This document shows, in pieces, positions 4,389 through 5,918 of a DNA stretch of 5,918 nt. Every line of letters starts with the position of its first letter. Position 1 is the stretch's first letter. Origin of the DNA: an uncultured Gammaproteobacteria bacterium (GTDB lineage: Bacteria; Patescibacteriota; Patescibacteriia; UBA2591; UBA6264); assembly GCA_964507075.1 (NCBI GenBank), contig CAZDOL010000018.1, forward strand, positions 3,623 to 9,540, written 5' to 3'. The translations under genes were made by a program, and so were the position numbers. The notes under the pieces are model-generated. The model saw only the letters and a list, made by a program, of their open reading frames with translations. It was not told the DNA's origin and made no database searches.

Positions 4389-5551
4389 TTAGCAAAAATA
4401 AAATTTTTCTACTTTTATTCTGTTTATTCTTTTTGTTTGCTAATTTTTCTTTTGTCAGCGCGAACAATGGAGTACATGAAGACTATTCGGGTAAAGTTAA
4501 ATTTGTTCCGCAAATAGGAATTCCAGATAGTAAATTTGAAGCGGGAAAGGAAGTTGTGGTGGATGGAGGAACCTTTATTGACTATCTCAAAGCTATATAT
4601 ATGTGGGCAGTAGGAGCTATTGCAATTATCGCCATAGTAATGATTATGATAGCTGGATTTCAATGGATGACCGCAGCTGGTAATGCTTCGGCAATCGGTC
4701 AAGCTAAATCTCGTATCAGCTCCTCTTTAATCGGTTTGCTTTTAGCGATAGGAGCTTATTCTCTTCTTAATTTTGTTAATCCTTCTTTAGTGCACCTCCG
4801 AACTTTAGATTTAGGTAACATAGAATATGTAGATTTGAATATTGCTAAAACAATTTGCAATGATGGTGCTTTATGTTATGAATGGCATGATCATCGTTGT
4901 TTCGAGATAATGAAGAATGATAATCATGCAGAACAATATTTTCCTTTAAGTGAGTTTGGGATAATCTCTTTAGAGCCAGATATTATATATTATGACATGA
5001 TTCTTGATTTAGGCGTAGATGATAATTATATTTCAGGTTGTGATGTCAAGAACGATTTTTGGGCCATAGAGCACCGGATATTTAAACATTTATTTACTCC
5101 AGGGCATCCAAGATTTATTTTACTTGACGGCAGATATGACCAGGACATAGATCCCGAAAAGAACTTTTATGACTATATTAAAAACGGTTGCGCAGGAATT
5201 ATGGTAATTGCCGATTATGACGCTAATGAAAGTTTAACGGGCTTAAATGTAACAGTTGCTAACAAAAGTGCTGGCAAGGCCTCTGCCTATATTAAGAATA
5301 TTGAAATCTCTACAAATAAATCTTGTCACGTTTGTTGTGAGACAAAGAAGGGTTTTTTTAGTGGTAAAATAAGTTTTCTTCAGAAATCAGCTTGCACAGA
5401 GAAAGGGGAGATAATTGATCCGTCTATATGTTGTCAAAGAATTAATCCAATGACAAAATGTGAGAATTTAGATATAGGGAGCTGTGTGACTTATAGCCAA
5501 TGGTGTAATAAGTGTCACTGGGATGTAGAAAACAAGAAATGTATAGACTAA
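4385..5551 (+). CDS. Secreted TrbC/VirB2-like T4SS pilin-type hairpin fused to a ~250-aa cysteine-rich extracellular domain
   Basis: 388-aa ORF. The signal peptide is MISKNKIFLLLFCLFFLFANFSFVSA, with a VSA|NN cleavage-type site (nt 4385-4462). Two hydrophobic helices flank a short basic loop: YMWAVGAIAIIAIVMIMIAGFQWM - TAAGNASAIGQAKSR - ISSSLIGLLLAIGAYSLLNFVNPSLV (nt ~4571-4792). This is the VirB2/TrbC-like pilin architecture. A 249-aa C-terminal extension follows, carrying 16 Cys. Stop TAA at 5549-5551. Confidence 0.85.
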   Translation: MISKNKIFLLLFCLFFLFANFSFVSANNGVHEDYSGKVKFVPQIGIPDSKFEAGKEVVVDGGTFIDYLKAIYMWAVGAIAIIAIVMIMIAGFQWMTAAGNASAIGQAKSRISSSLIGLLLAIGAYSLLNFVNPSLVHLRTLDLGNIEYVDLNIAKTICNDGALCYEWHDHRCFEIMKNDNHAEQYFPLSEFGIISLEPDIIYYDMILDLGVDDNYISGCDVKNDFWAIEHRIFKHLFTPGHPRFILLDGRYDQDIDPEKNFYDYIKNGCAGIMVIADYDANESLTGLNVTVANKSAGKASAYIKNIEISTNKSCHVCCETKKGFFSGKISFLQKSACTEKGEIIDPSICCQRINPMTKCENLDIGSCVTYSQWCNKCHWDVENKKCID

Positions 5552-5553
5552 AA

Positions 5554-5583
5554 TTAAAAGGGGACTATTGTTAAAAGGGGACT
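5554..5583. repeat. 13-nt direct repeat TTAAAAGGGGACT, two copies with a 17-nt period
   Basis: Copies at 5554-5566 and 5571-5583 are identical and lie immediately after the stop of the pilin-like gene. Confidence 0.9.
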
Positions 5584-5620
5584 GTCCCCCCTCTTCCGCC
5601 TCTTTCTGTGGGTGGGCTTT
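5577..5620 (+). terminator. Candidate intrinsic terminator or GC-rich structured element ending the operon
   Basis: GGGGAC-T-GTCCCC (5577-5589) is a palindrome that can form a 4-5 bp G:C stem. It is followed by a pyrimidine tract CCTCTTCCGCCTCTTTCT. A second possible stem, CCGCC (5596-5600) with GGTGG (5611-5615) including one G:U pair, is followed by CTTT. There is no clean U-run, so confidence is low. This is the only GC-rich patch in any spacer of the window. Confidence 0.35.
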
Positions 5621-5670
5621 AAGCGATATTTTCTGATTTGGCAAAAAATTGACTGAATGTTATTAAATCT

Positions 5671-5702
5671 TGTTGAAGTCTGACTTCAACAGATTCAACA
5701 GA
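5671..5702. promoter_or_regulatory. 9-bp-arm palindrome overlapping a tandem 9-mer; three copies of the TTCAACA motif upstream of the next gene
   Basis: TGTTGAAGT (5671-5679), CTG, then ACTTCAACA (5683-5691) form perfect inverted arms. TTCAACAGA at 5685-5693 is repeated at 5694-5702. The element ends 62 nt upstream of ATG 5764. Confidence 0.45.
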
Positions 5703-5763
5703 TAATAAAATAAATTTAACATAAACAATGTTCCCATGTTCTAATGTTTTAATCAATTAAAAT

Positions 5764-5918
5764 ATGAACGCAAAAACTAAAAAAATTTTAATAATTATTG
5801 GCTTTATAATCTTAGTATTATTTTTGGCTTTTCTTTTATATCTTGTTTTTTTCAAAAAACCGGCAGTTGTAGAGCCAGTAGAAGAACCCCCGATAGAGAT
5901 TCTGCCACGATTGCCAGT
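5764..5918 (+). CDS. N-terminally membrane-anchored hypothetical protein; 3' end cut by the window edge
   Basis: This ORF is not in the supplied track. ATG at 5764 is preceded by an in-frame TAA, and the frame stays open to nt 5918. Translation is MNAKTKKILIIIGFIILVLFLAFLLYLVFFKKPAVVEPVEEPPIEILPRLP, i.e. a basic N-terminus, one TM helix, then a Pro/Glu-rich linker. It has the same strand and style as the upstream genes. Only 51 codons are visible. Confidence 0.5.
   Translation, partial: MNAKTKKILIIIGFIILVLFLAFLLYLVFFKKPAVVEPVEEPPIEILPRLP

Noticed and set aside
4424-4702. 92-aa minus-strand ORF
   Set aside because: It is antisense to the signal peptide and pilin hairpin of the 388-aa gene, which has a coherent signal-peptide and TM architecture. 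The minus-strand ORF has no features of its own.
4886-5128. His/Asp clusters in the pilin extension (EWHDH at residues 166-170, EHRIFKH at 229-235, H-x6-D at 241-248) as a LAS/M15/M23-type metallopeptidase replacing the missing cell-wall hydrolase
   Set aside because: The order and spacing of the motifs do not match what I remember for those families (HxxxD or Hx6D preceding HxH or ExxH). Short His-containing strings arise easily by chance. This is worth a structure search but is not supportable as a call.
5568-5636. 22-codon small ORF (TTG start) after the SD-like AAAAGGGGA, encoding (M)LKGDCPPSSASFCGWALSDIF
   Set aside because: It has a non-ATG start and is very short. It overlaps the palindrome and pyrimidine tract, which is better explained as a terminator. 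No other gene here uses an SD motif. It cannot be supported from sequence alone.
5663-5737. 24-aa minus-strand ORF (MGTLFMLNLFYYLLNLLKSDFNKI) spanning the palindrome
   Set aside because: It is too short and has no ribosome-binding or promoter evidence. Its hydrophobic look is expected from A/T-rich DNA. The region is more plausibly regulatory.
5552-5763. tRNA or another known small RNA gene in the 212-bp spacer
   Set aside because: I could find no cloverleaf arrangement, T-loop (GTTCGAATC-like) box or acceptor-stem pairing. Only the local hairpins already listed are present.

Overview
The window is AT-rich, roughly one-third GC by eye. All supported genes lie on the + strand and are tightly packed. 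It reads as a compact Gram-positive-type (PrgI/PrgJ-like) type IV secretion (T4SS)-like operon. In order: (1) a PrgI/VirB3-family membrane protein, truncated at the left edge. (2-3) A VirB4-type ATPase encoded as two adjacent cistrons, a 216-aa N-terminal piece and a 627-aa piece carrying Walker A and Walker B. (4) A membrane-anchored protein whose alpha+beta C-terminal domain is a VirB8/PrgL-like candidate. (5) A bipartite protein with a 124-aa K/R/E-rich region followed by a transmembrane (TM) hairpin. (6) A secreted TrbC/VirB2-like pilin hairpin fused to a ~250-aa extracellular domain with 16 cysteines. (7) A structured 212-bp spacer, then the start of another membrane-anchored ORF that runs off the right edge. 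No start codon has a Shine-Dalgarno motif, and every intergenic spacer is dominated by short direct or inverted repeats. I recognise no relaxase, VirD4 coupling protein, cell-wall hydrolase, integrase, rRNA, tRNA or CRISPR array in the window. The composition, the lack of Shine-Dalgarno motifs and this family combination suggest a Patescibacteria/CPR-like genome. That assignment is inference only. All homology statements rest on motif recognition by eye, not on searches.
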